From NCBI RefSeq assembly GCF_006345805.1, contig NC_043010.1, positions 36,828,001 to 36,892,000 on the forward strand: a DNA stretch of 64,000 nt, read 5' to 3'. The stretch's first letter is position 1; the number at the start of each line of letters is the position of its first letter. The notes beneath the pieces were generated by a model. The model was not told the origin of the DNA, ran no database searches, and saw nothing but the letters and a program-made list of their open reading frames with translations. The position numbers were made by a program, and so were the translations under genes. Origin of the DNA: Octopus sinensis. Taxonomy: Eukaryota. This document shows positions 50,461-64,000 of the stretch, one piece after another.

Positions 50461-53400
50461 CGTACTTTAAGATGTAGTTTCAGTCATTTGATTGTAGTCA
50501 TGCTAGGACTCATATCAACCCGAGGAACTGCTTTGATAGGGTACATACTTTATTGATCTCTACTTACTGAATTGCTAAGTCACTCATTTTGAAATAATGC
50601 CTATAAAACAAATATAGTTACAGGCATAAACATTATCATGATGCAACAGGCATCCATACAAATTCCATTTACCAAATTCCACTTTCAAGGTATTGGTCAA
50701 CCTAGGATTTCAGTAGAAGACATTGCCCATGGTGCCATGCAGTGAAACTGAACCTGGAATTGTGAGGTTGCAAGCCTCTTACACACACACACACACACAC
50801 CAGAGAGTGAAAAAGATCATTACATATGGCAGAATCAATAAAAGATGGTTTATACTAAAACACCACCACACAGCCCCAGTGCAGTGTACATGTCTACAAT
50901 ACTTAACTCATAACAGACCAATGCTTATACTAAATGCTGAGTGCAGTTTTACTGCTCTAAGTAGTGAGAACACCAATGGAATATATATTTTCCTTGTTAG
51001 CTTTAAGTGTTGAGTATCGGTTAGAGAGAGAGAGAAAGAGAACCATGATCCATCATGCTACAGAGAAACTACAGATTGGTGTTGCTAGGAACCAATAGAC
51101 AGGAATTTGCTTTGTAACTAAATGGAACTTTGAACTGGGTTAACCCAGGATTGAACAGTGAATATGCGTAAATTTTAAAACAAAGTGCTCATATGACAGG
51201 GTGGAGGAGAGCATTTGAGAAATTCTATCTTAGTACTGTTTTTATTAACCAATTTTGTTTTATTTTGTTTTGTTTAAAAATATAAACAAATAATATTACG
51301 AAAGGTTGGGTTTTTGAATATATATATATATGCACAAGCCATGCTAGAGAACAGAACATTTAATAATTCTATCTAAAAATTACATCATGCTTCAGTTATA
51401 GTTAAAGAAAGATGTTTTTCAGTTCAAAATATGAAGACCATTATAAGTGTGTGTGTGTTTTGAGGTGTCCCACACACTAATATCAAATAAATATATGCAG
51501 AGGGACAGTAATATGTTTTAAGAGGTTTGTTTCACAACCACTTCACTCCAGGTTCAATCCCTTTGAACAGCACCTTAGGGAAGGGTCTTCTTCTTCTGTA
51601 GCCTCAGCTAACTAATATCTTGTGAGAGGATTATGATAGCCTTCTACAAACTTTCTGTCTATCATAAATATGCACTTCTTAAGTTTATATATTGCACTAG
51701 GCAGAGATAGTAATTACAAATCATTATTGTATCTTGTTCACACACCAAATCATTTCATCCAGTTTTTTACATATTCTATGAGTTATGAGTAGATTTCTTT
51801 AAGTTTACTTAAACACTCCTGACTAAATCAACAAGCTAGAAATACAGATGGTAAAATCAAGCAACTAGCAAAACATTTGGCAGTCAGTATCCTATCAATG
51901 GTAGCAAGTCCACAGTCAAAAAACTAAACTCTCAATGGCAGAATTCTTCTAGTTCTCAATAAATACCATGGATAGCATATAACCCAAATAAGGTGTTGAC
52001 TTGTAGTACCAGGAGTACTCAAGTTCAAATCTTTGCAGAGGAAAATGACACCGACAATATAGCCCAACATCCTACACATGATTTTTTTTAATCATTTGCT
52101 TCATGATATAAGCAATGATTCCACCCATAGATTCTTGTGATTCAAGAAAAGGGTAAAAGAAGTCATTTAGGCATAGGCCTGGTTATCAAAAGGTTAGCAA
52201 CTTGTACTATTTCTTGGTGCTATATTGCATAAAGAGCTAGCCATCATTGGTGCTACACTAAAAGTATATTTAAAAAAAAAAGCCACATGGCAAATGAGCA
52301 CGATTTGGTAACATGTACCATGCTCTTTACTAACTGTTTTAAGTTCTTATTATGGTCACCAGCAGATACAGGCACCCTCTGGACTAGCCTATTCTTCGAC
52401 CCAGTGACATATATAGGGTGTGTCAGCTAGAGGGAGACAGCCAGCCACAGTAATTAATACTTGGCTAGTTTTCAGCTAAGAAGACTAGAGCAACATAAAA
52501 TGAAGTGCCTTGCTAAAGGACATAATGTGCTGCCTGGCCCATGAATTGAACTTATGATATTAGCTGTAAGCCAAACACCCTAACTATTAGGCCAGATGCC
52601 CATATATATATATAAATGACAACTTTTGTTGGTTCCATCTATTTACATGTCAGCTCATTACTTTTAAGTAACATGGATATTGTATCACTGTAATAAAAGT
52701 CATTAATAACTAAGAGTTCCACTATCAAACCATCTTACAGGATGAGTAAAAGCAACAAAAAAAAAAAAAATTCAATGTATACATTTCTGAAAACTATCTT
52801 CAGTAGTAGAACCACAAAAAAAAAAACAACAAAAAAAAACTGATTTGTCAAGTCAGTGATGTGTATGTTGTGCTAAATATAAGTAGTCCTACACATAATC
52901 ACTAATTGAAAAGAACACATTAACATCATTAGATGTATTTAAGAAGTGCATTATTAAAGAAGTCCAACACAAGCAAGAAACACAAAAGTTTCAAATACTG
53001 GGCAGCTGACCACTTGCTCGCAAATTCAAACTTCTCTTCTGCCAATGAATGACCTTATGCCTTGAAGAAAGAAGTTTTAGTATATAAACTCCATCTACTG
53101 CTTGTCTCAAACTATCTGATGGTAGGGTTCCATTCCTACTTTACAGTTGAGTTGATAGCTATAGAAATGGCATCCAGCTGTAAAAACAATTGCTTGAAGG
53201 AAGATGAAGGAAAAAAATCTTGCACTGACTGGGGAAAAAAAAAAATCAAAATGAAAGAAGAAGAAAAAAATCCTGCGCAATAAATATTCAGATAACACTT
53301 TCGACTAAATCTCACCTCAGCCATCCGCCAAGTTCTCACTCTCAGGCTGATGCGAGATGATAATCTAATGGGTAGTTATGCATCTAAGTATCTAACTGAA

Positions 53401-54651
53401 GATCTTGCCAGCAAAGAGTGGAATAATAAGTAAGGATTTTTGTTGGCGGCTATTTCTTTTTTTTTTTTTCCTTTCTTTTATGTATAGAAACAGGCAGCTG
53501 TTTTGGACATGAGAAAAAAAAAAATGTTTTTCTGTTCATTCATAGTTGTTTACTATTTTACAATCTCACTATCTTTCTCTCTCACTCTTACACACACAAT
53601 ATACATAGAAAAAATGCATAGTAACTGATGAAGAGCAGACATGCACAAAAAATAGATTCTGTGTAGATAAAAGAATTCAAGTAAGATAATAACATATCAC
53701 ATACCTAAGATATTGACATGACCCATATATATATATATATATATACATACACACACATATATATATATACACACACATACACACAACTGGCTATCATTTC
53801 ACAGAATAATACAACATAAGATATAGAGAGAGGGGAAGAAAGAAAGAGCTAAAAATTACATCACATCAATGTTGAAAATTCCAGAAATAAATACACATTA
53901 ATACAAGATGAACTTGGTAGGTAGATTAATACCAAAATAGAAACAAAGAAAGAAAATTAAGATGTCATGTCAAGCATATGAAATAAAAACTAACCGATGG
54001 AATCTAATTATACAGCCAAAGTGTATGTCTAAAGTTTTAAAAAAACTGAATTATCAAATCAGTAAATAAAGGCAAAACGTTAAAAAAAATAAAAATAAAA
54101 AAAGATAATGGTGGGGAGAAAAAGACTAACAATAAAGAGTAAAGAAACAAGACAGAAACTAAATGAATGACAGGTACCATGTTTGGATTGAAACCAGATC
54201 CTCTATTTAACAACAATATCATGAACACATAGTGGGTATGCTGGCACAGTCATAACAAGCAAGATAATGAGGTTAGTGGGCTTGAAGCACTTGCATGTGC
54301 AGCCATTCTTTTCACTAAAATAACTTCTGACTTAATGCATACACGCTGAGAGAGATATGAATAAAAAGATAAGATAAAAAATTTGTCTCCCTTAAACTTG
54401 GGAGTTTCTTAAGAGCCAGCCGGCACTTAATTCCATTCAGTTAAGGGCATGGCAGATAAATCATCTTCCTAGAAAGGATGCCAGTCTGCATCAGATTAAA
54501 ACATTTCCAGTTTATTTGGTACCACTTATCCTAGGTAGTTTGGTACATCGAATTAGGTAAATGAGTTGTTCGACAGAATGAAATGGTGGCAGCAGATTTA
54601 AAATGTGATTTTGAGCAGACTCTAAGCTCTCATTTGTTTACTGACTTAGAA

Positions 54652-55097
54652 GCAGGCATGGCTGTACAGTTAAGAAGCTTGTCTGTGGTTTCAAATTCAG
54701 TGCCACTGCATGGCACCTTAGGCAAATATCTTCTACTGTAATCTTTAGCCAGCCAAAGGCTCCCTGAGTGGATCTGGTTAATAAAAACTAAAGCAAGCCC
54801 ATCATGTGTGTGCACACATATGCATGCCTTCATGCATATGTTGTGCGCATGCATGCATGTGTTTGTGTGCGCCCTTGTCTTGACATTACATAATGGTTTG
54901 AAATAAGCATCACTGCCATACGGGGTCATTTTTTTCCAATCTTCTATGAAAAACATGCCTGGTTATGGGGTAATATTACATGGCTTGAAAACAGGTGAGG
55001 GTTAGTGGCAAGAAGGGCATCTACTTATAGAAAAATCTGATGAATGGACTTCATGTAACCCATGCTAGCAAAGGAGAGTGGACAGTAAAATGATGAT
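54652..55097 (+). mobile_element. SINE family B, near full length
   Basis: A-type head (GGCATGGCTGTACAGTTAAGAAGC...GGCACCTTAGGCAAAT), central (TG)/CATG repeats, then GAAACAGGTGAGGGTTAG...GAAGGGCATC...AACCCATGCTAGCA...AAAATGATGAT. Confidence 0.75.
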
Positions 55098-57180
55098 TTA
55101 CACAGGAATATAATCTTGCCCAATTCATCTCCCAAGAACTGTCAGGTGTAACAAGGTGATAGTGGTAAACAGTTAGGATATACAAATCCTATATTCATAC
55201 ATTGTCTATCATATTTGTTAATTTATCTCCTCATTCATTTGCCTGAAGTAAAAGGACAACACTGACTCCTTTTCTTATATGAGAAATATATGGAATTTTA
55301 ATTACTAAGGAGTTACGGAAAAGGAAAGTATTTCAGTGAATTGCAGTTGTGTGTGTGTGTGTGAGAGTGAGAGAGAGAGAGAGAGAGAGAAATGATATAG
55401 ACTAGCTGGAAGCCATTCACTAGAGAAAAAGAATGGTGAGGGACATAGCAAAGACCAGATCTCTTAACACTAAATTTATAAAAACATTTATTTTCCAAAA
55501 CAAATTTCTATCTGGTTGAAACTGTATCACTAGTCAATAAAACACCGTTTCAAGAAGATAGGTTAGAGGAAATGAACTAAGTCCACTCTTCAACTGTAGC
55601 AACATTAAACGCTACTTTGACTATCAAAGAATTAAATCAGACAGTGGTTGGTGTTCTTTAGCCCCGAGTCACATTTAACTGACCAGACCAACAATCAAAG
55701 GCATTCCAGCTTTCTTATTGCTCTTTTTGGGGTTTTTTTTTTCTTTTCTTCTCAGATAGTCTTCCATGCTAGCATGGAAGACTAACATTAAATGATGATG
55801 GTCATGATCACAAAATAATGTATCTAGGACTACTGTCATTCATTGTCACCTTCCTATTTTCAGACTAAAGAGCGCAAGCTGAGAAAGATTTGCATGATTT
55901 TTTTCTACCAGTTCAAGAGAGTGAACCATTAAGTGGTCATTTGACCTACCAGAAATAACAGCCAAAATTGCCCTCAGATTACACTTAGCCCTTTCTAAAT
56001 AAAAAAAAAATAAAAAACAGAATAACAGGACACTCAATGCTGGAATGTCAATGACCAGTGGACTGTTCAGCCAGAGCTTGAGCTTAACACCACCAACCAA
56101 GTACAGGTGGTAAGATGTACTGCCCATGACCATCTCTTCTCCCATTCAGAAATAATTTAGGGTTGTTGTGTGTGAGGGGGTTGTCCCCCACCACTGCTTG
56201 ACAACCAGTGTTGGTGTGTTTTATGTCCCTGTAACTTAGCAGATCAGTAAAAAAGAAATGACAGAATAAGAACAGGGCTTTAAAAAAAAAGCGGGGGTGG
56301 GGTTGATTTATCCAACTACATTTTCTAAGGCAGTACCCCAGCATGGCTGCAATCTAATGATTGAAACAAGTAAAAGATACAATATTCATATTACATAAAA
56401 TTGACTTGTCTAAGATGTTTCCAGTATATGATACTGGTTTATGAGAGAAAAAAAATGAAGTGTGTTGAGAAGATCCCCCCACTCCATTGTCTCTTCAACA
56501 ATAAATAATAAACAGCTAGTGCAGTTCTCAGTACATTTGTTTTAAAATTAAGAATTTATGTGTTTAGTCTATCACAGAAACCAAGACAACTATTAGAAAC
56601 ATAATTGAAGCAGTTCAAATGTGGTGCACCCCAATAAATTTGCTTGAGTAATGCTAACTGCAGAAATACAGATGTTAAAATGACAAGTTGAGCTTTTATA
56701 TATAATAATTCTTTGTGTTAATACAAAATAATATAATTTTGTATTGTGTAAGGATGTATAAGCAGAACAACCACAAATGCTACAAAACAATCGAGAAACA
56801 GGGAGAGCAATCAACATAAAACTTTTTTTTAAGTGTAATTAGATGAAGAAGGGCAGCAACCATAACCATATATTTCTTAGGAAAGCTGAGCAAAGTAGAA
56901 ATTATCCTCAGGTCTGGTTCAAATAATAGCAAAAGAGTGGAATCTGCAAAAGGCACTCATGGCCCAAGTGTTGGTGTTTAAACCCGACAACAGACAAGCA
57001 CCCATGATCAGGAACTATAGGAACTAACAAGCTACTGTGGTTCCTTTCTACCAAATTTTACTCATAAGGCACTTCTTTGGTAGAAGACACTTGCTTTAGG
57101 TACTATACAGTAGAATTAAACATGGAATGATGTTGTTCTGAAGGAAACTTCACCTCACAGCTAAGCCTATTTCAAAACAG

Positions 57181-57478
57181 TCCTGGGCTGACCAAAGCCT
57201 TATGAGTAGATTTGGAAAATAGATACTAAAGGAAGCCTCATGTGTGTGTTCACTGTCATTATACCATGTAATGGTTGTAAACAAGCTTCACCATCATACA
57301 AACAATGTTACTTGTTTTCAATCATCCATAAAAAGCATATGGCTATGGAGGAAAATAACTTTGCTCGTTAATAAATGAGGACTTGCAACAGGAAGGGCAT
57401 ATGGTTGTAGAATAACTGCCTCAGCAAATTCCATCTGATCCATGCAACCATGGAAAAGTGAATATTAAACAATGATGT
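57181..57478 (+). mobile_element. SINE family B (5' truncated)
   Basis: GACCAAAGCCTTATGAG...GGAAGCC...CAGGAAGGGCAT...GATCCATGCAACCATGGAAAAGTG...AATGATG. Confidence 0.7.
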
Positions 57479-59090
57479 GGATATATATATATTACATTAA
57501 TATTACATCACATTAGTGGGTTTCCATATAGAGAATTGTCTATAGTTGTTGGCATTTCCTTCATCTAAGTGCAGAATTATCTGGTGGAAAGAGTGGGAAC
57601 AATTCCTTCAAATCAGTGAAGTGCAGTCAATTCTGTTGGTATCTGAAGTGTTCATTTAAAATTTGCCAAGAGAAATGAAAAGGATTAAAAAAAACAGAAA
57701 AAAGCAAAAAAAGTAAGAAAGACATTTACATTGGTAAATAGTAAGTGAACGAATACTACAAAAGTTACTTTACAAATAGCCAAGAGAAGTAAAGCCTCTT
57801 AGTATAAATAAACAATTAAGTTTCTGGATCGAGTGGCCAAGGAACACTGACAGCTACTGTGAGAAAGATTATTGTTCTAATATGAATTATGTACAATGAA
57901 GCTGGAAGTAAGGAACAAGCACAAGCATGTACAAACATAAACTATAAACTTGTTTCACGAAAAAAAAAGCTGATCTTGGGCAGCAAATTGGCAGTTGTTA
58001 CCACACTAGACAGAATACCTTGGAGAATGTTCCAAGTTCAAATACAGCCAAGATCAACTTTGCCTTTTGTCCTTTCACAGTCAATAAAGAAGTACCAATC
58101 CAAAGCAAGTGGGTTGTCAGATCTTTAAGAACACCAGACTAGATACCTTATAGTATTTGTTTTGGCCCTTTGCGTTCTGAGTTTGAAATCCCACTATGGC
58201 CAACACGGATGCTAAACCAGGTGACAAATTAATTCTATTACCCAAGTAGTGAAATTCACCACTCTGTTGTAAGTATTTACACCAGGTTTCTGCTTTGAGA
58301 ATACCTTCCTCACTCCCTTCCTCGCACCAGCCTCAGAAACCCTGTAATGAACAAGTAACAGGTACTTCCCCACCAACTAATGGACAGAAAGAAAAAAGAG
58401 AATAAAAAAGACTGCCTTACTGGATGAGCACAATTGCCATTAGTCACAGAGCAGGTTGGTGGGGGAATGAATAAATACAAAGGAAGTCAATAACCTATGA
58501 GATATTAAAAAAGATGCCAGTTATTTCTTTACCTAACGACAAAAGTAGAATAGAAGGGACTGATTAATCCTCAATTATAAATGATTTCTTTCATCGGCAC
58601 CAAAACTACAGTTGATTAAACTTTAAGGGTAAAAACGACTGATGCTTCATCAACCATACCTTTCAATCTATTACAACCATTTTATTTTTGTTTGTTTCAT
58701 TTTCTATCTATCAGAGTTTGATAAATGTGACAAATATATTGTTCTTGTCCATTGTTTACATCATGGAATATGCAACAGAAAGAAAGTGAGTTATTTAGTT
58801 ATTCAGTTAACTTTGGTGAGAAATACACTAGAATAGTGGTTCTTGTTGTTGGCTGAAGAATAGATTTGGGTGGTGGGGAGAGAGAAAAAAAAAGAGAGAA
58901 AATTGCAAGCCAAAGGAATTTTGGTCAATTATACAACTCCAGCACTGCTTCTAGCAGTAAGCTAACCCCCTCCTCAGAGTACCTATTGACAGCTAGCAAC
59001 AAAAGAATGTGTGTCTTGCCAAAGGACAGGATGTATATGTGTAGGCAACACAATTTTAAGACTTTGACCATTGTCCAGTAAGTAGTTTAA

Positions 59091-59518
59091 CCCTTTCGTT
59101 ACCATATTTATTTTGAGACGTTCTGTGTTTCTTCCAATTATTTTAAATATAACAAAGAATTTAGTAGAATAACTTTGTTATCATTAAGCTAGTGTTAGGA
59201 ACATAAATTGTGACTAAGGTTTGGTGGAAGATTTTAATTCAAAACTTTTGAAAACAAGACATTTGTACTACAGAACCAGAGCCGGTTTCAGCCAGGTTGG
59301 TAATGAAAGGCGTTCAGATTATTCTGTCAAATGTAATGCTTTTTATTCACCTTGTTTTGAATTAACCATGCATTATTTCTCGGAGATTTCAATGATGTGA
59401 TTATTTTCTTTTAGAATGACACTGTAAGATAGGTGTAAGAAGTTGGATCTGACCAGTATAAACATAAAGGAGGCAGAGAATATTTTGGTTGGATATGGTA
59501 GGTTTAAATGCTAAAGGG
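59091..59518. mobile_element. Fused G+F MITE unit bounded by TTAA on both sides
   Basis: TTAA(59087-90)-CCCTTTCGTTACC, G body to 59310, directly joined to a reverse F copy ending AATGCTAAAGGG-TTAA(59519-22). Confidence 0.75.
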
Positions 59519-59587
59519 TTAAAATATTAAGAAGCAAGGACTTAGATGGGATAATGGTAGATAAAAAATAGAATATAGATCATTGTT

Positions 59588-59804
59588 CCCTTTAACACTA
59601 TCCATATCCAGCCAAAATATTCTACTTGTTTAAGTTCAAACGGGCCAAATCTGTCAGGCCTCTCACACCGACCCTACAATTTCATTCTAGAAATTAACGT
59701 TTACCTCAACAAAATCTCAAAGTTACAAGATAATGCATTCTTAATTCAAAACAATATGAATAAATAAGCATTGCTTTTGAGAGAAGAATATGAATGCTTA
59801 AGGG
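59588..59804 (+). mobile_element. MITE family F
   Basis: CCCTTTAACA...CCATATCCAGCCAAAATATTCTAC...AATGCTTAAGGG-TTAA. Confidence 0.75.
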
Positions 59805-59907
59805 TTAAAGTTCCCTTCTGGAAAAACACGACAATAGAAAAAAAGAAAACTGTAAACCTACCTTCACAAGACAAGATGATTGGAAATGTCCTTATTGATA
59901 TGCTTAC

Positions 59908-60124
59908 AATGATGAGATAAGATAGATAGATATATATATCCGATAGCAAAAATATCCAATGATTGATTATTTTTGTATATCCAAAGATTTTGAAGAGATA
60001 TCAAGATGGGATGCAGCAGCTGTGGTAGATTGTTGGGGGAAGTTGCTAAGTGAATTGCAACTTGACCATAACTGCATATTTTGCAGCCAAATAGTGAGGA
60101 AAACACATTAAAAGCAGCAGACAC
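59908..60124 (-). other. Candidate 217-nt exon (probably non-coding or cryptic)
   Basis: Strong acceptor ttttccatttctctccacag and donor GTAAGC (59907-59902). One frame is open but includes GATA/TA microsatellite-like sequence. Confidence 0.25.
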
Positions 60125-60699
60125 CTGTGGAGAGAAATGGAAAATCATTAGTATAGAAAACAGGAAAGTTAAAATTAAGAAAATGGAAATGAAATTTAAA
60201 TAATCATAAACATTAATTTAAGTAATCATTGATAGGAATTTATTTAATCATTGGTAAAACTTAATTAAGCATTGATATGGAAAGCAGACACAAAATGATA
60301 ACAGCATCATCTGTATCACCACCACCATCATCATTAGCGTTAAATAAACATCAAAGACAGATGAAACTAAAGGTAGCCCAAGTCAGCAAAAATATTTCAA
60401 TAAAGTTCTCATTTGCTCAACAGGATCCAAAAAGCTTGGAATCCCCCTCAGAAATGCAGTTTTGCTTGGTTGGTAGGGGTTAGAGTTCATACATCTCTCC
60501 CATAATACAGAAACTTATTCAAACTGGCAATTATGACCAGGGATTTGTTTACTGATTAATGCAGAACAAGTCTACAACGCAGTGGCAACCTTCTCTCTAC
60601 TAAACCACATGATCACCACTGCACCTGCCACCTAACCAACTCCCTGTTCTTAAGGTATTATACTGGTGTTGATAGGATTGTTTGCTGACAAACAGAATC

Positions 60700-60935
60700 T
60701 AATGGCAAGTGTCTTCTACTACAGCCCAGGGCCAGCCAAAGCCTTTTGAGTGGATTTGGCTGACAGAAACTGAAAGAAGCCCATCGTATGTGTGTATGTG
60801 TGTGTGTGTGTGTGTGTGTGCGTGCGTGTCCATGTTTGTCCTCCCACCATCGCTTGACAGCGGCTTGGCAAAACTGACCAATAGAATAAGTACTAGGCTT
60901 ACAAAGAATGAGCAAAGGTTGACTTCTACATCATT
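60700..60935 (+). mobile_element. SINE family A with central (TG)n
   Basis: GGCAAGTGTCTTCTAC...GGATTTGGCTGACAGAAACTGAAAGAAGCCC...(TG)n...GCTTGACAGC...AATAGAATAAGTACTAGGCTTACAAAG. Confidence 0.8.
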
Positions 60936-61994
60936 TGGTTAAACTTAATGCCCTCACTGATACTGCAGTGCAACTGATATTTAACATACCCATTTCTCAA
61001 ATGGATAAATCAGCAAAGATGTAAATAAATATCTGTAACAGCTTACTGGCCTTTGCACCAAGCTGTTTTTCCATGGATACATTATATGAAGATTATCTTC
61101 TGAAGTACTATGTACGTACGTACACACACACACACACAGAGGCAGACCGAGGCAGAACACATTTATGTATGCAACTTAAATCTCAGTAACTGATGGATGT
61201 AGAAGAAAGTAACACTTCTTTTATTACTGTTATCACACAGGCTGTAAGGTTAAACTGTTTGTCATTTTGGTATAAATATCTGAAGGTATTGACTGCAGCA
61301 GGACAACCAAGAACACAAAAAGAAAACAAAAAAAATCTATCTAAAATTAGCCTGAAATCAGAACAACCACATCACCAACAAGAATAATATGAAGAATTTA
61401 TAAAGGTGATGGACCTCAGAGCACAGTGTGGTGAATCAATCTCATTTGGCACAGTAAAAAGAATTTCATTTGGCACACCTGTCTGGTTCTGAAAATACAT
61501 ATTTTCTTGTTACTCCTAAGGCAACAAAAGGTCATCAACCAGCATCCACTCTTCCCTGCTCACAGCTTTACTGCAAGGAGGTTCATCTACTATATTAGTA
61601 GAATATGAGAAGATGGTAAATAGTAAACATAATTTCATATTGAGGAAGAAATCCAAAAATACGTAGCATTTTATTTATGCTCCAAATTAGCACCAATAAG
61701 ATTCTAAAAAAAAATTAATTAAGTGCTCACTTGTCCAGCAATGCCAAACACAATAATACCTAAGCTGCAGTTCAGCAGTAGCAGCAGTAAGAATTTCCAA
61801 CATTTGCCAAGGGCTACGATGTTTGGAATCAAAGCTACAAATTCTAAGGACGAATACAATTGATTAAAATCTCAGTATGTGACAGGTAAATAATTTATTG
61901 ACTTCCCTCTAAGATTGAAAAGAAAAAGCAGTGAGCATAACTAAATACCGTAGAAGCAATTTATTTGATGCCCTACCAATAATAATAATAATAA

Positions 61995-62725
61995 TCCTTT
62001 CTACTAAAGGCACAAGCCTGAAATTTGAGGGGAGGGGATTAGTCAACTACATCAACCCCAGTGTTTCACTAGTACTTAATTTATCAACCCTGAAAGAATG
62101 AAAAGCAAAGTCAACCTTAGTGGAATTTGAACTCGGAACATAAAGACGGACGAAATACTGCTAAGCCTTTTTGCGCAGTGTACTAACAATTCTGCCAGCT
62201 CACCGCCTTAATATCATCATCATCATCGTCATTTAACGTCCATTGTTCATGCTGACATGAGTTGGACAGTTTGACTAGGTTGGCAAGCTGGAAGGCTGCG
62301 CCAGGCTCCAGTCTGATTTGACATGGTTTTCTATGGCTGGATGCCCTTCCTAATGCCAATCACTCCAAGAGTGAGTGTAATGTGTGCTTTTATGTGCCAC
62401 TGGCATGGGTACCATTTGCATGACACTGGTATCTGCTACGAATGTGATTTTGCTCGGTTTGATGGGTCTTCTTCTCATGACAAAAGCTTTGGTCATTGCC
62501 TCCGTGAGGCAATAATAATAATTCTTTCCACTATATGCACAAGGTCTGAAATTTTAGTAGGGGAATAGGGTTAACCAATTACATCAACCCCAGTGCTCAA
62601 GTGGTACTTATTTTATCAACTCTGAACAAATAAAAGACAAAGGCAATCTTGGCAGAATTTAAACTCAGAAGAAAAGCTGCTAAGTATTTTGCCTGGCATG
62701 CTAATGCTTCTGCTAGCTCACTGCC
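61995..62725 (-). mobile_element. Same-orientation cluster D (61995-62210), C (62214-62480), D (62520-62725)
   Basis: Family-diagnostic motifs as above, separated by (TAA)n/(CAT)n tracts. Confidence 0.8.
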
Positions 62726-64000
62726 ATAATAATGATGATGATGATGATTTTGCATTATATTAATGCACAACATGAATGTGTCTACTATTTAAATGTGTCA
62801 TATAAGGTATAGAGCTCGTTCATCATCTTGTCAGCAAAATTACATAAATTTGTTACTTTTATAAGCTGGAAGCCAATGGGCAGAGGGAAGACTGCAGGCT
62901 TAATATACCACTAACATTGCCTGACCAATGAAATAAAAACAGATTCCAATAGCCAGCCGCTATAATGAAGCGAAATAGCTATGTCTATACTCCACCCCAC
63001 CTGTGTAATACTTTCAATTCATTATTCATGTGATTTCTGCGTAAGCCAGGTCAGTCCTTGTGTGACAAGCGTAGGGTCAGACATTGCATTGGCAAAGAAA
63101 CACAAAAACACTGACCACCAGCAGCAGTCATCTGCATTGTAATACACCAAAACCAACACCAACAGATATTGAGGACATTTTCTGACTGGATAAAATTTGA
63201 GAACCAGCAGCAATCTAGTTCTTCATTTCTTTTTGTCTATGTCTATCAATTACATTTTCTCTTATTCATTCCAACTCTCTAATTAGGTAATAGGGATAGA
63301 GGAACCACTTTCTGCACTTCAAATACAAGTTTAAAAAAACTATATTGAAGAATCTTTTAGCTTAGAACAGAGGGGGTGACAAACAAGACACAAAATCAGA
63401 GGAAACAGAAGTAGAGTCCACAATGAAGTTCCAATTATCAGTTGACAGTACTTCACTTCACACTCTCACCATGTTGTTCAGAAAAAACATCATTTTAACG
63501 TCCACTTTTTCATGCTTACATGGGTTAGATGAAATTTGTTGAGGTAGATTTTCTATGGTCAGATGCACTTCATTTTGCCAACTTTCACCACTTCTCAAGT
63601 AAGGTAAAATTTCCCCCATGGTTGGACCTTTTCATGAAGGATTAGAAATAAATGATACCACTTGCATGATGGTGATGCTCATTTTACAACTATCACATAA
63701 CGTCAAGACAAGGAAACACAAACACAAACCACCATGCATGGTGTTGAGAAACTGAAAGTAGCCCTTCTTCTATGACGGGCTTCTTTCAGCGTTCTCAAAC
63801 TAAATCAACTTCAGTTGACCCAGAGTTATAATAGGTGTCACAAAATAGGACTGAACCAGAAACAACCTTTACTGCACAACCATGCCTATATCCATCATAA
63901 TTCAACATCTCTAAAAATCCTATGGCCGTTACTACCAAGAGAAAACCAGTAAAACACTCAAGCATACAAGAAGAGACTGCAGTGTGCAAGTCAAAGGGCA

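Noticed and set aside
53316-53395. Minus-strand exon candidate ending ATG GCT GAG|GTGAGA
   Set aside because: The acceptor is only moderate and nothing links it to other exons; it cannot be supported without RNA data.
53625-53665. CTGATGAA-GAGC..GCAC-AAAA hammerhead-like string
   Set aside because: Stem II is mismatched, G12 is absent and stem I does not pair; compatible with chance.

Overview
This is AT-rich eukaryotic DNA, dense in repeats, with no prokaryotic features (no operons, CRISPR arrays, rRNA or intact tRNA genes). The repeat families look like those I remember from Octopus (coleoid cephalopod) genomes; that is recall, not a database search. The window appears to be mostly intronic or intergenic. 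It holds at least five tRNA-derived or RTE-tailed SINE families (my own labels A-E), two TTAA-flanked piggyBac-like MITE families (F, G), one hAT-type MITE, an unclassified repeat (H), a decayed RTE-clade LINE reverse-transcriptase region (~40.3-41.5 kb) and many microsatellites. No ORF in the supplied track matches a protein I recognise; most are translated microsatellites or repeats. The best gene evidence is a minus-strand 5' end at ~47.5-48.8 kb: a CpG/GA-rich promoter-like region, a likely untranslated exon, and an exon with strong splice signals encoding a signal-peptide-like 21-mer (MPSDLRISVVVSLFVGVEYVM). The most notable observation is at ~37.19-37.45 kb, where a tRNA-like Pol III head (A/B boxes) precedes an apparently intact minimal type I hammerhead ribozyme (37325-37370), i.e. 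a SINE/retrozyme-like element. Two decayed hammerhead-like motifs lie nearby (35.8 kb, 41.7 kb). All repeat boundaries were read by eye and are approximate.
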